Source: Mustelus asterias
Taxonomy: Eukaryota
Length of the DNA stretch: 63,906 nt
Assembly: GCF_964213995.1 (NCBI RefSeq)
Contig: NW_027590205.1
Coordinates: forward strand, 682,001 to 745,906
Direction of reading: 5' to 3'
Within the stretch, counting starts at the first letter, position 1. Every line of letters starts with the position of its first letter. Below are positions 27,776 through 38,288 of the stretch, piece by piece. Made by a program: the position numbers and the translations under genes. The notes below the pieces were generated by a model. It searched no databases. It worked only from the letters and a program-made list of their open reading frames with translations, and had not been told where the DNA came from.

Positions 27776-28553
27776 CCTCTACTCCCTCTATACCAAGGAT
27801 ATCCTTCCTCAAATAGTAAAGCTCTGATTTCAATCAGTCAATATTTCTTCTCCACAAATATAAAATGGGACAATTCTGAAGCTGCATTTGATAATTGATC
27901 ACTTTTAAAATGTGTCGCCTGACAGAAAGGCACCTGATCCATATCTTTTCTAAGTACAGCTTAACGAAGTTATTCACCTGGGGTAATCTGCAAATTTGTT
28001 CGAATTTGATCGGAGAATGATTGGATTTGATCCGGGAATAATATGACCGCCAAATGTGACATTTCACAATACTGATAATGGATGAGCTCTGCGGGGAATA
28101 TCGTTCAGCTGGGGCTGTATTGTCCCCTTCCCTTTCTGTGCATTTTCGATGAGATCCGACTCTCTTTTCCTGACACAGAACACTTGATTATCGACCTGCA
28201 CTAGTTTTTGTATGAGGCCCATGGGAGGCTCATGCACTGTGGGTCTCAGTGCACAGTAATACACGGCGCTGTCAGTCATCTTCAAATCTTTCATTGACAA
28301 GTGAAAAGTGCTTTGTTTCTGGTTGAGGTTCCCGCTGAAATGTTCAAAGCCGGGAGCCGTCTCGTTAAACCCATAACTATCGGCTCTGAGCAGATACCGA
28401 GGAGCTCGGTGTGTATACTGGCGATACCAGAACAGGTAATGTTGTACAGCTGAACTCGGTACCGAGTAACTGCAGGGTATTGCTGAATCTTCACCCTCTG
28501 CTGCTTCAACTCCTGGTTCTGACTGGGATACTGAGTCTCCGTTACTCACGTCT

Positions 28554-28872
28554 GCCTTTGGCTAAGATCAAGTGTAGTATGGATCGCCTGCACTTGGTTG
28601 AGGTCATTAGGTTACGCTGAGGCTTCATATGTTTCATATGAAGCAATTTTTAAAAGCGGCATCTCGGCCTTTTGGCTAAGATGCAAATGAGCTCAAGTCT
28701 TGGAGGAGGAACCTCCCCCTTCTCCAATCAGCTTGACTCATGTAGATCAGGCCCAGGACAGGGGGGTTTTGGTCTCCCGTCCTGTCTTGTCAGCCTGGAT
28801 CTGAAATGTCTCAACTTGTTGAGACTCTGAATTGGATTTGATTTGATTGAATTGGAAAAGTATTAAAAAAAA
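28554..28872 (+). mobile_element. U2 snRNA-headed short retroelement
   Basis: gcctttggctaagatcaagtgtagtat (U2 nt ~12-39), a second U2 piece tctcggccttttggctaagat at ~28662-28682, (gattt)n and an A-tail. Confidence 0.7.
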
Positions 28873-29014
28873 GAAAATATACAGCGGATACAAAGCGGGT
28901 TAGGAGACAGAGGAAGACAATAGTCACACAGAGCTGGGAAACGGAAATTGCACAAGGGTTGAAATATACTTTACAATATAAGATCAGAATCACTGACCTG
29001 GGATCAGAGCAATA

Positions 29015-32000
29015 GTAAGAAGTCTCACAACACCAGGTTAAAGTCCAACAGGTTTTTTTTTATTTCAAAAATATACTTTATTCACACAAAAAAAACTCTC
29101 CAATAAAACATTGCAAAATTACAGATCCAAAAGTCATAAACAGTGTAAAAAAGAATCATTTTTACAGTCCAATACCGTGCTCATTTACAAAAACATTACA
29201 TTCCATTACATTTCATTTCTTAAAACTATATACATGTGTCAGAGTTTACTGTGTGCCGTTATTTTTCAGGTTGGCACACAGTTACGCAGGCCGAGAGTAT
29301 TCTGCAGTTACCTGGCCCTCGGTCTGCCTCGGTTGAGACGCTTTACACGGTGGCCTTTCCCCATTGTGCCATGGCGGCGGCTGCCCCAAGCTTGAGCGCG
29401 TCCCTGAGCACGTAGTCCTGGACCTTGGAATGTGCCAGTCTGCAACACTCGGTCGAGGACAATTCTTTCAGCTGGAAGATCAGCAAGTTTCGGGCGGACC
29501 AAAGCGCGTCCTTCACCGAGTTGATGACCCTCCAGCAGCAGTTGATATTTGTCTCGGTGTGCGTCCCCGGAAACAGCCCGTAGAGCACAGAGTCCTGCGT
29601 CACCGAGCTGCTCGGGACGAACCGCGACAAATACCACTGCATCTCGTTCCAGACCTTCTTTGCAAAGGCACATTCCACAAGGAGGTGTGCCACCGTCTCA
29701 TCAGCCCCGCAGCCGCTTCGAGGGCAGCGTGCGGTGAGGTTGAGACCCCGGGCGTGCATAAAGGATCTGACGGGGAGTGCCCTTCTCACCACCAGCCAAG
29801 CCAGGTCTTGGTGCTTGTTTGTGAGTTCTGGTGATGAGGTATTCTGCCAAATGACATTGACAGTCCGCTCAGGGAACCATCCGACAGGATCTGCCGTCTC
29901 CTTTTCTCTCAGGGCCTCAAGGACATTACGTGCTGACCACTGCTTGATAGCCATGTGGTCAAAGGTGTGTTTCCGGAAGAATTTCTCCACGAAGGACAGG
30001 TGCTGCGGTACGGTCCAACTACTTGGAGCGTTCCGCGGCAATGTGGCCTGACCCATCCTCCGCAACACTTGGGACAGGTAGAACCTCAAAAAATAGTGGC
30101 ACTTGCTGTTGCTGTACCGAGGATCTACACACAGCTTGATGCAGCCGCACACAAAGGTGGCCATCAGGATGAGGGCGGCGTTGGGAACGTTTTTCCCTTC
30201 ATTCTCTGGAGATTTGTGCATCGCCTCCCTCCGGACACGATCCATCTTTGATCTCCAGATGAACTTAAAGATGGCCCGGGTCACTGCTGTTGCGCAGGAC
30301 TTGGGGAGAGGCCACACCTGCGCCACGTACAACAACACGGACAGAACCTCGCATTGGATCACAAGGTTCTTCCCAGTGATGGAGAGGGAGCGTTGCTCCC
30401 ACAATCCCAATTTTTGTCTGGCTTTGGCGATGCGCTCCTCCCAGTTTTTGGCGCATGCCCCTGCCGCTCTGAACCATATCCCCAGCACCTTGAGGTAGTC
30501 TACCCTAATGGTGAAGGGGACAAAGGATGTGTCAGGCCAGTTCCCAAAGAACATGGCCTCACTCTTACCCTGGTTGACTTTGGCCCCCGAGTCCAGCTCG
30601 AACTGCTCACAGACTCGGAGGAGCCTGCGAACAGATGAGGGGTCCGAGCAGAAAACAGCCACGTCATCCATGTAGAGGGAGGCTTTAACTTGCGTCCCTC
30701 CGCTGCCTGGGATTGTAACCCCTTTGATGCCTGGGTCGCTTCTGAGGGCCTCGGCAAAGGGTTCAATGCAACACACAAAAAGGACGGAGGAGAGAGGGCA
30801 GCCCTGCCTGACTCCAGACCTGATTTGAAACATATCTGATTCCCACCCATTGATTGAAACTGCGCTACTGATGTCTGTGTAGAGCAGTTGGATCCAAATG
30901 CGGATTCCCTCCCCAAAGCCCATTTTGGAGAGCACATCCATCATGTAGCTGTGCGATATTCTGTCAAACGCCTTCTCCTGGTCTAGACTGATGAGGCAGG
31001 TGTCCACCTGCCTGTCCTGCACGTTCGGCGATCGTATCCCTGAGTAGCGCGAGGCTATCAGAGATCTTCCTGCCGGGTACAGCACAGGTTTGATCAGGAT
31101 GGATCACTGACCCCAGAGCAGACTTGACCCGGTTGGTGATGACCTTGGCCAGAATCTTGTAATCCACATTCAATAGTGAAATAGGTCTCCAATTTCTAAT
31201 CTCTTCCCATTCCCCCTTCTGCTTGTAGATGAGGGTAATGATGCCTTTCCTCATGGATTCTGACATGCTGCCTTCCAGAAGCATACTCTCGTATACTTCC
31301 AGGAGGTCCGGGCCCGTCAAGTCCCACAACGCCGAGTAAAGCTCAGCCGGTAAGCCGTCGCTACCGGGAGTTTTACCCTTCTGAAGGGACTCGACTGCCT
31401 TTGTCAGCTCATCCAGAGCTACCGGTCTGTCCAGGCTCTCCCGCTCGCCGTCGTCCAAGACTTGCGTGATAGACGACAGGAAAGACTGGGAGGCCGTGCT
31501 GTCTGTTGGCTTCAGGTCATACAGTCCGGCATAGAAGGATTTGCAAATCCTCAGGATGTCAGACTGCGATGACCTTACAGAGCCATCTTCTTCCTTCAGG
31601 CTTGTGATCACAGAGGTTTCTCTGTGCACCTCCTGGAAGAAGAAACGCGAGCACGTTTCGTCCTGCTCCACAGAGCGGACCCTGGACCGGAAGATAACCT
31701 TGGAGGCCTCCGAGGCAAAGAGCGAGGCTTGCTGGCTCTTCACCTCCCGGAGGTCCTCCTTGACATCCACCCCCATCGACTGCAGTTGGAGTAGCTCCTG
31801 CATGCTTTTCTGGAGTCGGGACATTTCCCCCCGTCTCTCCCTGGCCTTCTGAACCCCTTTTCGGATAAAGAATCTCTTGATGTTGCCCTTGATGGTTTCC
31901 CACCAGAGCGATGGAGACTCAAAGAAGGGTTTCACGGTTCTCCAACCGTGGTAAACCCTCTTGAGTTCCTCGAGGTTCTCTGGGGTCAACAGTTCTACAT

Positions 32001-32316
32001 TAAGCTTCCAGGACCCCCTGCCCACTTTCTGGTTTTCCTCCAGCTGACAGTCTGCCAGCAGGAGGCAGTGGTCAGAGAAGAACACCGGCTTGACGTCGGT
32101 GGACCTGACCATGAGCGCGCGGGATGCAAACATGAAGTCGATCCTGGAGCGGACAGACCCGTCTGGCCGCGACCCCTTTGGTAGCAAATACCATAAGCTT
32201 TCGGAGCACAGCTCCTTCGTCAGATGGAGTGGAACCTGAGTAAACCTGTTGGACTTTAACCTGGTGTTGTGAGACTTCTTACTGTGCTTACCCCAGTCCA
32301 ACGCCGGCATCTCCAC
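29015..32316. mobile_element. Penelope pLTR insertion (inverted pieces), host of a nested Tx1
   Basis: pLTR pieces at 29015-29053 and 32177-32233 (minus) and 32241-32316 (plus); flanking duplication atcagagcaata at 29003-29014 and 32317-32328. Confidence 0.8.
29054..32176 (-). mobile_element. Tx1-clade (L1-like) non-LTR retrotransposon, 5'-truncated
   Basis: APE end (SRID...SDH), RT (WRPISLLNVDYKI, QGCPLS, YMDD), C-terminal C-x4-C...H-x4-C knuckle; frameshift near 31030; AATAAA and poly(A). Confidence 0.92.
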
Positions 32317-32934
32317 ATCAGAGCAATAACCAGGGTCAGGAACATTTTCACCCCCATGGTTCCAATCTGAGCTCCAGAATTAGGGAGGGTGATCTCTGTC
32401 TGAACGGGACCTGGAATGTGAGAAATTGAAAGAATTAGCAAGGTGTGATGCGATTGGCTGGGATTTATTTTCCTCGCCCATTTTTATATCTGCAAAAAGT
32501 CACTCTGCAGAAGGCGACTGTGATGTTTGATAAGTGATCAGAGCGCGCCCTCCCGTGGACAGTACCAGCGCATTGGAAACAGATGCAGAACGAAGAGCCC
32601 AGATATGTACAGTCTGAGAAATATAAAAACCCAGAAATATCTAGTACAGGTACAACACGGACAAGAGGAAATATCCGCTCCACATGCACACCATTAATAC
32701 CCCTTCGGGTTTTAAGGCTTTAAGAAAGTTATCTCTCAATCTCCGAAACTCAGTGGATACAAATCCAGCATCAGTACCCTTCTGCTTATCCAGAAAACCC
32801 GCTCATACCTGGTAATACATTCTCTGGACGTTTGCTAACGCATTACCATCTTTCTATAGATAAGGAATCAAGTATTGTACACAATACTCCAGATGTGATT
32901 TCTCCAATGCCCTACACAACAGAAACATACTCGA

Positions 32935-33325
32935 ATTTAGAAGAATGGGTGGAGATCAAATTGAGGAATACAAGATGACAAAAGATATGGATAAAGTAGA
33001 CGTGGAGCGGATGTTCCTCTTGTGGGGCATTCTTCGAGGAGAGGGCACAGACTTTGGATAAGGGGTAGCAAATTTAAAACAGTTGAGGAGAAACTACTTC
33101 TCCCAAAGGGTTGTGAATCTGTGAATTCCCTACCCCAAAGTGCGGTGGATGCTTGAGTAAACGTAAGGAGGTGTTAGACAGATTTTTTAATTGGGAAAGG
33201 ATTGAAGGGTTATGAGAGAAAGTAGGAAAATGGGGATGAGGATCTTATCAGCCATGATCGAATGGTGGAGCGGACTCGATGGGCCGAATGTCCCAATTCT
33301 GTTCCTATATCTTATGAACTTATGA
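32935..33325 (+). mobile_element. Decayed CR1-type LINE 3' fragment
   Basis: gaggagaaactacttctcccaaagggttgtgaatctgtg and typical 3'UTR. Confidence 0.7.
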
Positions 33326-33671
33326 CCCTTCCTATTTAATGATACATTCCCCAGCAATAAATGGTAACATTTTATGACGTTTCTAATTAATTGCTGTACC
33401 TGTATATTAGCCCTTCTTGATTCACGGCCTTGGACAGCCCAACCCCTCTGTACCTCAGAATTTTGTGATCTCTCACCATTTAGATATTAAGCATATTTAA
33501 TGTTCATCATGCCAAAATGGACATTTTCACATTTGCCTATATTACACTAAATTTGACGGAGGTTTGCCAATTCTTTTAACCTATTTATGTCCCTTGATCG
33601 TCTCCTTACATCCTCTTCACCACTTATTTTCCTATCTACCTTTTTGTCGTCATCAAACTTTGCATCCATAT

Positions 33672-33908
33672 CTGCTCTATAAAATATTACTGTGTATTCT
33701 GATAATTTAATCCGTTCTCCTGGATGACTGCTCTGTGAATATCACTGTATAATCCAACAATTAATCCGGTTCTGCTGGATTCCTGCTCTGTAACATATCA
33801 CTGTGTAATCCAATAATTAATCCAGTTCTCCTGGATTCCTGCTCTGTAACATATCAGTTGTAACCCAGCAATTAATCCAATTCTCCCGGATTCCTGCTCT
33901 ACAATATA
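33672..33908. repeat. Minisatellite, ~55-56-bp unit, ~4 copies
   Basis: ctgctct...aattaatcc..ttct.ctggat recurs at 33672, 33728, 33783, 33839 and 33894. Confidence 0.85.
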
Positions 33909-34721
33909 CCGAGTAGAGGGCAACTAAATAACAATAAGGGAGGAGAAGATGAAATATGAGTGTAAGCTAGCCAGTAATATAAAAGTACATAGAAAGAATT
34001 TTTTTTTCAAGATATAAAAGGTAAGAGAGAGGCAAAGAGTAGTCATTGGACCACTGGAAAATAAGGCTGGAGAAGTAATAATAGGAAACAAAGCAATGAC
34101 AGAGGAACTGAATATTTACTTTGCATCAGTCTTCACGGTGGAAGACACCAGTGGAAATAGTAGGTGTGAATGGCCAAACGGCAGAGAAGCTGAAATCAGA
34201 GGGTAAGCTGTGACAGATGAAGATAAGGGGGGAGGAGGGAGATTGGTGGGAGAGAGGTAAAATTGGTGGGAGAGAGGTGAAAACGGGGAGAAAGGGAAGC
34301 AAAGGTGGAGAAAAGATAAGGAAAGGGGAAAGAATAGGAGGCGGATAAGAAAGACAATACAGGAATAAAAGGAAGAGAACAGTTAAAAAATTAATAAAAT
34401 TAACCGACTTCCTGTTCTCACTCCGCCTTACAGGTTGAAGCGATTAAATGGACAAGTTTGGGTCTCATCCCTTTCCAGGTCCCCGAGGGGGAACAAACTC
34501 CTTAGTTTATTTCTCCCGACGCTGAGAGCCAAGGGAGCCGTGCGCTGATTGGGTCATTTGAAGACAATGGAATTCTAAGGTTGGATGTCAATGAATGACG
34601 GTGTCAGGAATGAACCAATCAACAACGGCCCGGATGTAACTCAACTTCTCACCCGCTCTTGACAATTAAAATGTTAACTTCAACCCTCTCTGCTCACATC
34701 CCGCTCGACCTCTCTGCAAAC

Positions 34722-35614
34722 ATGTCTCCTGTGACTCTGAGCTTATTCCTCACAGCTGCAGCTCTACTAACCGGTAGGTTCACAAGTTACAAACTCTGCG
34801 TTTCACATATTTACCATTCACTGCATTCAATTGAGCAGTTCGATTAACGCACTGGTAAAAATATATATTGATTCTAATATCAATTAGAATCATCTTTGTC
34901 TCACCAAGGGAGGAGGCAAAATACCTCAGCTGAATGAGAGTGAAGAGTTAAGGTGGGATTGCAGGCCCCGCCGGAGCCGCTGAGGGACTTTGACAAACTT
35001 GATAAAATCTGGATGAAAGCGTTGACAAACCCGAGATCTATAAACCCACGGACAGTTTAGTTTCCCCATCAAATAACGTGAAACGAAGGCGAGGATCTGA
35101 TCTCCTCAGGAGGTGTTCATTTAACGGAGTGTCATTTAACCGCGACAAACACGTTCCCGTTACAACCTGCGTGTTGCGGGATTTATATTCCTGTTTAGAT
35201 CCTGTGATTCGTTTTTCAGATTATTGGCCAGGGTGACGGGCCGAATCCGGCCATTAAACAAAGTGAACTGACATCGTTTAATTTAGCATTACTCTTGGCT
35301 CTTACAGGACAATGTGGAGGAGATCCAGTTTCACAGATACCGGCTGCAGTCACAGTGAGTGAAGGAGATGATGTTCAGTTATTCTGTAATTATACAACTG
35401 CAAGCTTTGACAATTATTACCTATTCAGGTACCGTCAGTATCCCAGCGGATCCATGGAGTACCTGCTGAGGGGAAGCAAATATACCGGGAACAAAGAGAG
35501 ATTCCCAGGGGACCGTTTATCAGCAGAGCTCAATGATACAACCCGTACCGTCCCGCTGAAAATGTGTAAAACAGAGCTGGCAGACGCCGGGGTTTATTAC
35601 TGCGCACTGAGACC
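34722..35614 (+). CDS. TCR alpha/delta V segment 2 (leader 34722-34773, V exon 35308-35614); ORF with W41R
   Basis: Leader MSPVTLSLFLTAAALLTG; DPVSQIP...C...YLF-R-YRQY...DAGVYYCALR; RSS CACAGAG(35615-35621)-23-ACAAAAACT. Confidence 0.88.
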
Positions 35615-35727
35615 CACAGAGACACAGAGCTGGGCTGAACCTGTACAAAAACTCTCAAAACCTCACTCAACATGAACAGGATAAACAGGAGTCCCAAGAT
35701 AAACAGGAGTTGGGACGGTGAGAATAG

Positions 35728-35799
35728 TGGTTCCACCGAGATTCGGACTCAGACTGCTGGATTGAAAGTCCAACGTGCTCACCGTTACATCATGAAACC
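35728..35799 (-). pseudogene. tRNA-Gln-derived pseudogene (anticodon now reads TTC)
   Basis: 72 nt GGTTTCATGATGTAACGGTGAGCACGTTGGACTTTCAATCCAGCAGTCTGAGTCCGAATCTCGGTGGAACCA; D-stem mismatch, T-loop TCC. Confidence 0.8.
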
Positions 35800-36102
35800 A
35801 ACAGGCGCCGGTATAAGGCAGGAGGTCTTTCACTCAGATCTCACACATACACATTCTTGGTCAATAAGGGCTGTTGCTGTTTGACACCAACTGCTCCTTT
35901 CTATCGACAGAGCGTTAAAGAGGAGCGAAAATGAAAAAGAGAAACACTGATGTTGCAGGCATCTGTCGACAGAGGCCCAGCAATGTGCATTGTAATAGCA
36001 GTGGAATAGGCTGGCAAATTGTCCTCTCGATTCGCACTTGGTGAAAACTTTAAGCGGAATGTCCTTCAGCAAAGCAATCATCGGCATTGACAAAGAAAAG
36101 CA

Positions 36103-36174
36103 AGGTGCTGCGGAGATTTGAACTCAGATCGCTGGATTCAAAGTCAAGAGTAATACCCATTACACCACAGAACC
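36103..36174 (-). pseudogene. tRNA-Gln(TTG)-like pseudogene
   Basis: 72 nt GGTTCTGTGGTGTAATGGGTATTACTCTTGACTTTGAATCCAGCGATCTGAGTTCAAATCTCCGCAGCACCT; stem mismatches, B-box intact. Confidence 0.8.
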
Positions 36175-36414
36175 CAGAAAATCGCAAACAGATGCAAATG
36201 ACTTATGAAACACAACTACTTCTGCTGATATCTCCCGGTACGGCTTGCGAAGGAAATTATTTGCTATAGATTTGGAGGGCTGTGTTGTTCACTGGATTTA
36301 CTACAATAAAGTTTATAAAATGTCTATCTCTTTGATGAAGCACAGGCGACAAACTGTCAGGACTGCTCCTCTATAGGTTTTTGTACGACTCGTATTGATC
36401 TTTACAACACTGTG

Positions 36415-36933
36415 CCTCGACTGCACAGAAATAGGTAGCAGTGTCTGTCACCCGAGTGCCACCAACATTCAGAACGCTTCGTTTCTCTGCAACAATGTTC
36501 CGAGCACTGATCCTGCCCTGATCGCTGGTACCGCTCACCAGGTGCTGCACGGTTCGGTCCGGGTATTGTCTGTACCATTGTAGGACCAGTCCAGTTGCAG
36601 TAGTGGAACATTTCAACGATGCCAGGTCTATCTCAGTAACCACCACAGACTCTGGAGACTGTGATACCTCTTCACTACCAGCGGCATCTGGGAAGGATAT
36701 GTAGATACGCAATAATATCATAAAATTAAAATCTCATAGTGCAATACAATGTTGCACAATGAAGTACAATTGAATGCATAATACAAGATAACACAACAAA
36801 ACAGAATACTATTTAACAGAACGTAGCATTGCTAATGTGTGAAATATCGCTGTCAGAAATAGCGACCACACTTACACTGAGGGAAGAGTAAGAAATCCAG
36901 GGAGATGATCACTGAAGCGAAGCTGAGCTTCAT
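36415..36933 (-). CDS. TCR alpha-like V segment 3 (leader 36933-36876, V exon 36687-36415), apparently functional
   Basis: Leader MKLSFASVIISLDFLLFPQ, GT-AG intron, EEVSQSPES...C...WYRQYP...DTATYFCAVE; consensus RSS CACAGTG(36414-36408)-23-ACAAAAACC. Confidence 0.88.
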
Positions 36934-37140
36934 GTCGGAACCTATCGACACTTGTAAAACAGTTGTAGGAAGATCTCAGGACAGGAAAAGCTCCTGGGAA
37001 AGCAAAGCTATTGGACATGAATCTGAGCCCAACACCAGTTATACTCTCGCGACCAGAGCTGGATCTCTGAGACTTTTGATCAGGGAGTGAAATAGTGAGG
37101 GAGCTCCAGCATCGATAGGGTGTGGGGGAGGAGCGTGCGC

Positions 37141-37261
37141 AAGAGTCAGAGCATCCCGCATTGTGACATCAGAGCAACAGACATTGTGACATCAGAGTAT
37201 CCGCCTCTGTGACGTCAGAATGCGGGCATGTGCGGCGTCACCATGCAGCCCTTTGACGTCA
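37141..37261. promoter_or_regulatory. Array of CRE-like motifs upstream of V3
   Basis: TGACATCA 37164 and 37187; TGACGTCA 37210 and 37254; degenerate copies at 37141 and 37233. Confidence 0.65.
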
Positions 37262-37544
37262 GTGGGTCTGGTCTGAGGGACAGAAACATCTCTCCCGGAG
37301 CTGATCTGAATATCCAGCCCTGAGTTTGTGGGAATTTACAACTGATCAGAAACTGGTTTAACCTGTAAACTGATTTGATGACGGATCTGCCGGTCTGATC
37401 GGAATCTGCAGTTAATTTTCTCGGTCATGACTGGAAAAAAAATGGGTGAATGTTTAGTCCGAGGTTAATGTGTTTTCCGCTGGGTGTGTGTGTTTTGATG
37501 CGGCTGAGAACAGCACTGCTCACAGTGGCTGTATCTATCCAGAT

Positions 37545-37985
37545 TCTATCCTTTGTCTAACATCAAGTGTAATTTGCTAACCCTGCACTTGATAGAAATC
37601 AATAAGGTTACATCGAGGTTTCTTTTGAATCAATTTTTGAAAAATGCCATCTGGGCCTTTTGCTAAGATGAAGCTCAGGTCAAGCGCTGGAAGGAATATA
37701 ATACCTGCTCCAATCAGCTAGGATGTTGTTAATCAAGCCCAAGACTGGAGGAATGGGCCCTGTGTTGTCGGCTTCGATCTGCAACGTCTCTCTTGCAGCG
37801 ACTTTTGAGTGGACCAATTCGGTTTTTGATTGGATATAACTAAAACAAAAAGCCGGCATCTCGGTCTTTGGACTCGGATCAAGCATCAAATGGAGCCCAA
37901 GATCAGGTGCGATGCTCTTTCATGTCAGCTTGGATCTTTTGCGAGGACCATGAATTAGATTCAATTTGAATTGGTTTTGGGGGCG
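37545..37985 (+). mobile_element. Older, diverged U2-headed element related to 28554-28872
   Basis: cctttgtctaacatcaagtgta, atctgggccttttgctaagat, atctcggtctttggactcggatcaag; shared motifs ctgcacttg, ctccaatcagct, gatctg.aa.gtctc in the same order. Confidence 0.6.
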
Positions 37986-38288
37986 ATTAGGAGATGGATT
38001 CTGGCTTGGCCAGTCCACTCTGCGCATTGGCTTTGCAACGTTAAGCAATTACTATTTTACAATGCGACAGACAGGAGCTCCCGAAGACAATGCAAAGTGC
38101 GGGGTTGGATTGGTTTCCATCATAAATTCCGTCAGTGAGTCCTTATTCTGATCAACTGTTCAGAGTCCAATTTCTCCAGCTGGAGATGGAGAGAGGTTTG
38201 GCTGCCTGACCGGTGCTGTTGCTGTTGTTTGTTTCACGATTGGCTGCAAACATGAGTAAGACTTCCTGCGAGCGCAGTTCAATATCAT

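Larger units (their letters stand above)
28242..32357 (-). pseudogene. TCR alpha/delta V segment 1; V exon 28551-28242 intact, leader split (32357-32317 and 29002-28998)
   Basis: DSVSQSEPG...C...LFWYRQY...DSAVYYCALRP; RSS CACAGTG(28241-28235)-23-ACAAAAACT; reconstructed leader MGVKMFLTLVIALIP then donor GTCAGT. Confidence 0.88.

Noticed and set aside
27776-27833. N-terminal extension of the 597-aa RT ORF
   Set aside because: Read-through from a flanking older LINE fragment; the CR1 lacks ORF1 and endonuclease, so it is not autonomous
28554-28690. U2 snRNA gene
   Set aside because: Only the first ~39 nt match; no Sm site or 3' stem-loops
33672-33908. CRISPR-like array
   Set aside because: Whole units repeat with no unique spacers, in a vertebrate context
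28242-36933. NAR-TCR cassette (V3 as NARV, V1 as leaderless supporting Vdelta)
   Set aside because: No D or J was found between them, V1 has no CDR1 cysteine, and V1's leader is present but split by insertion
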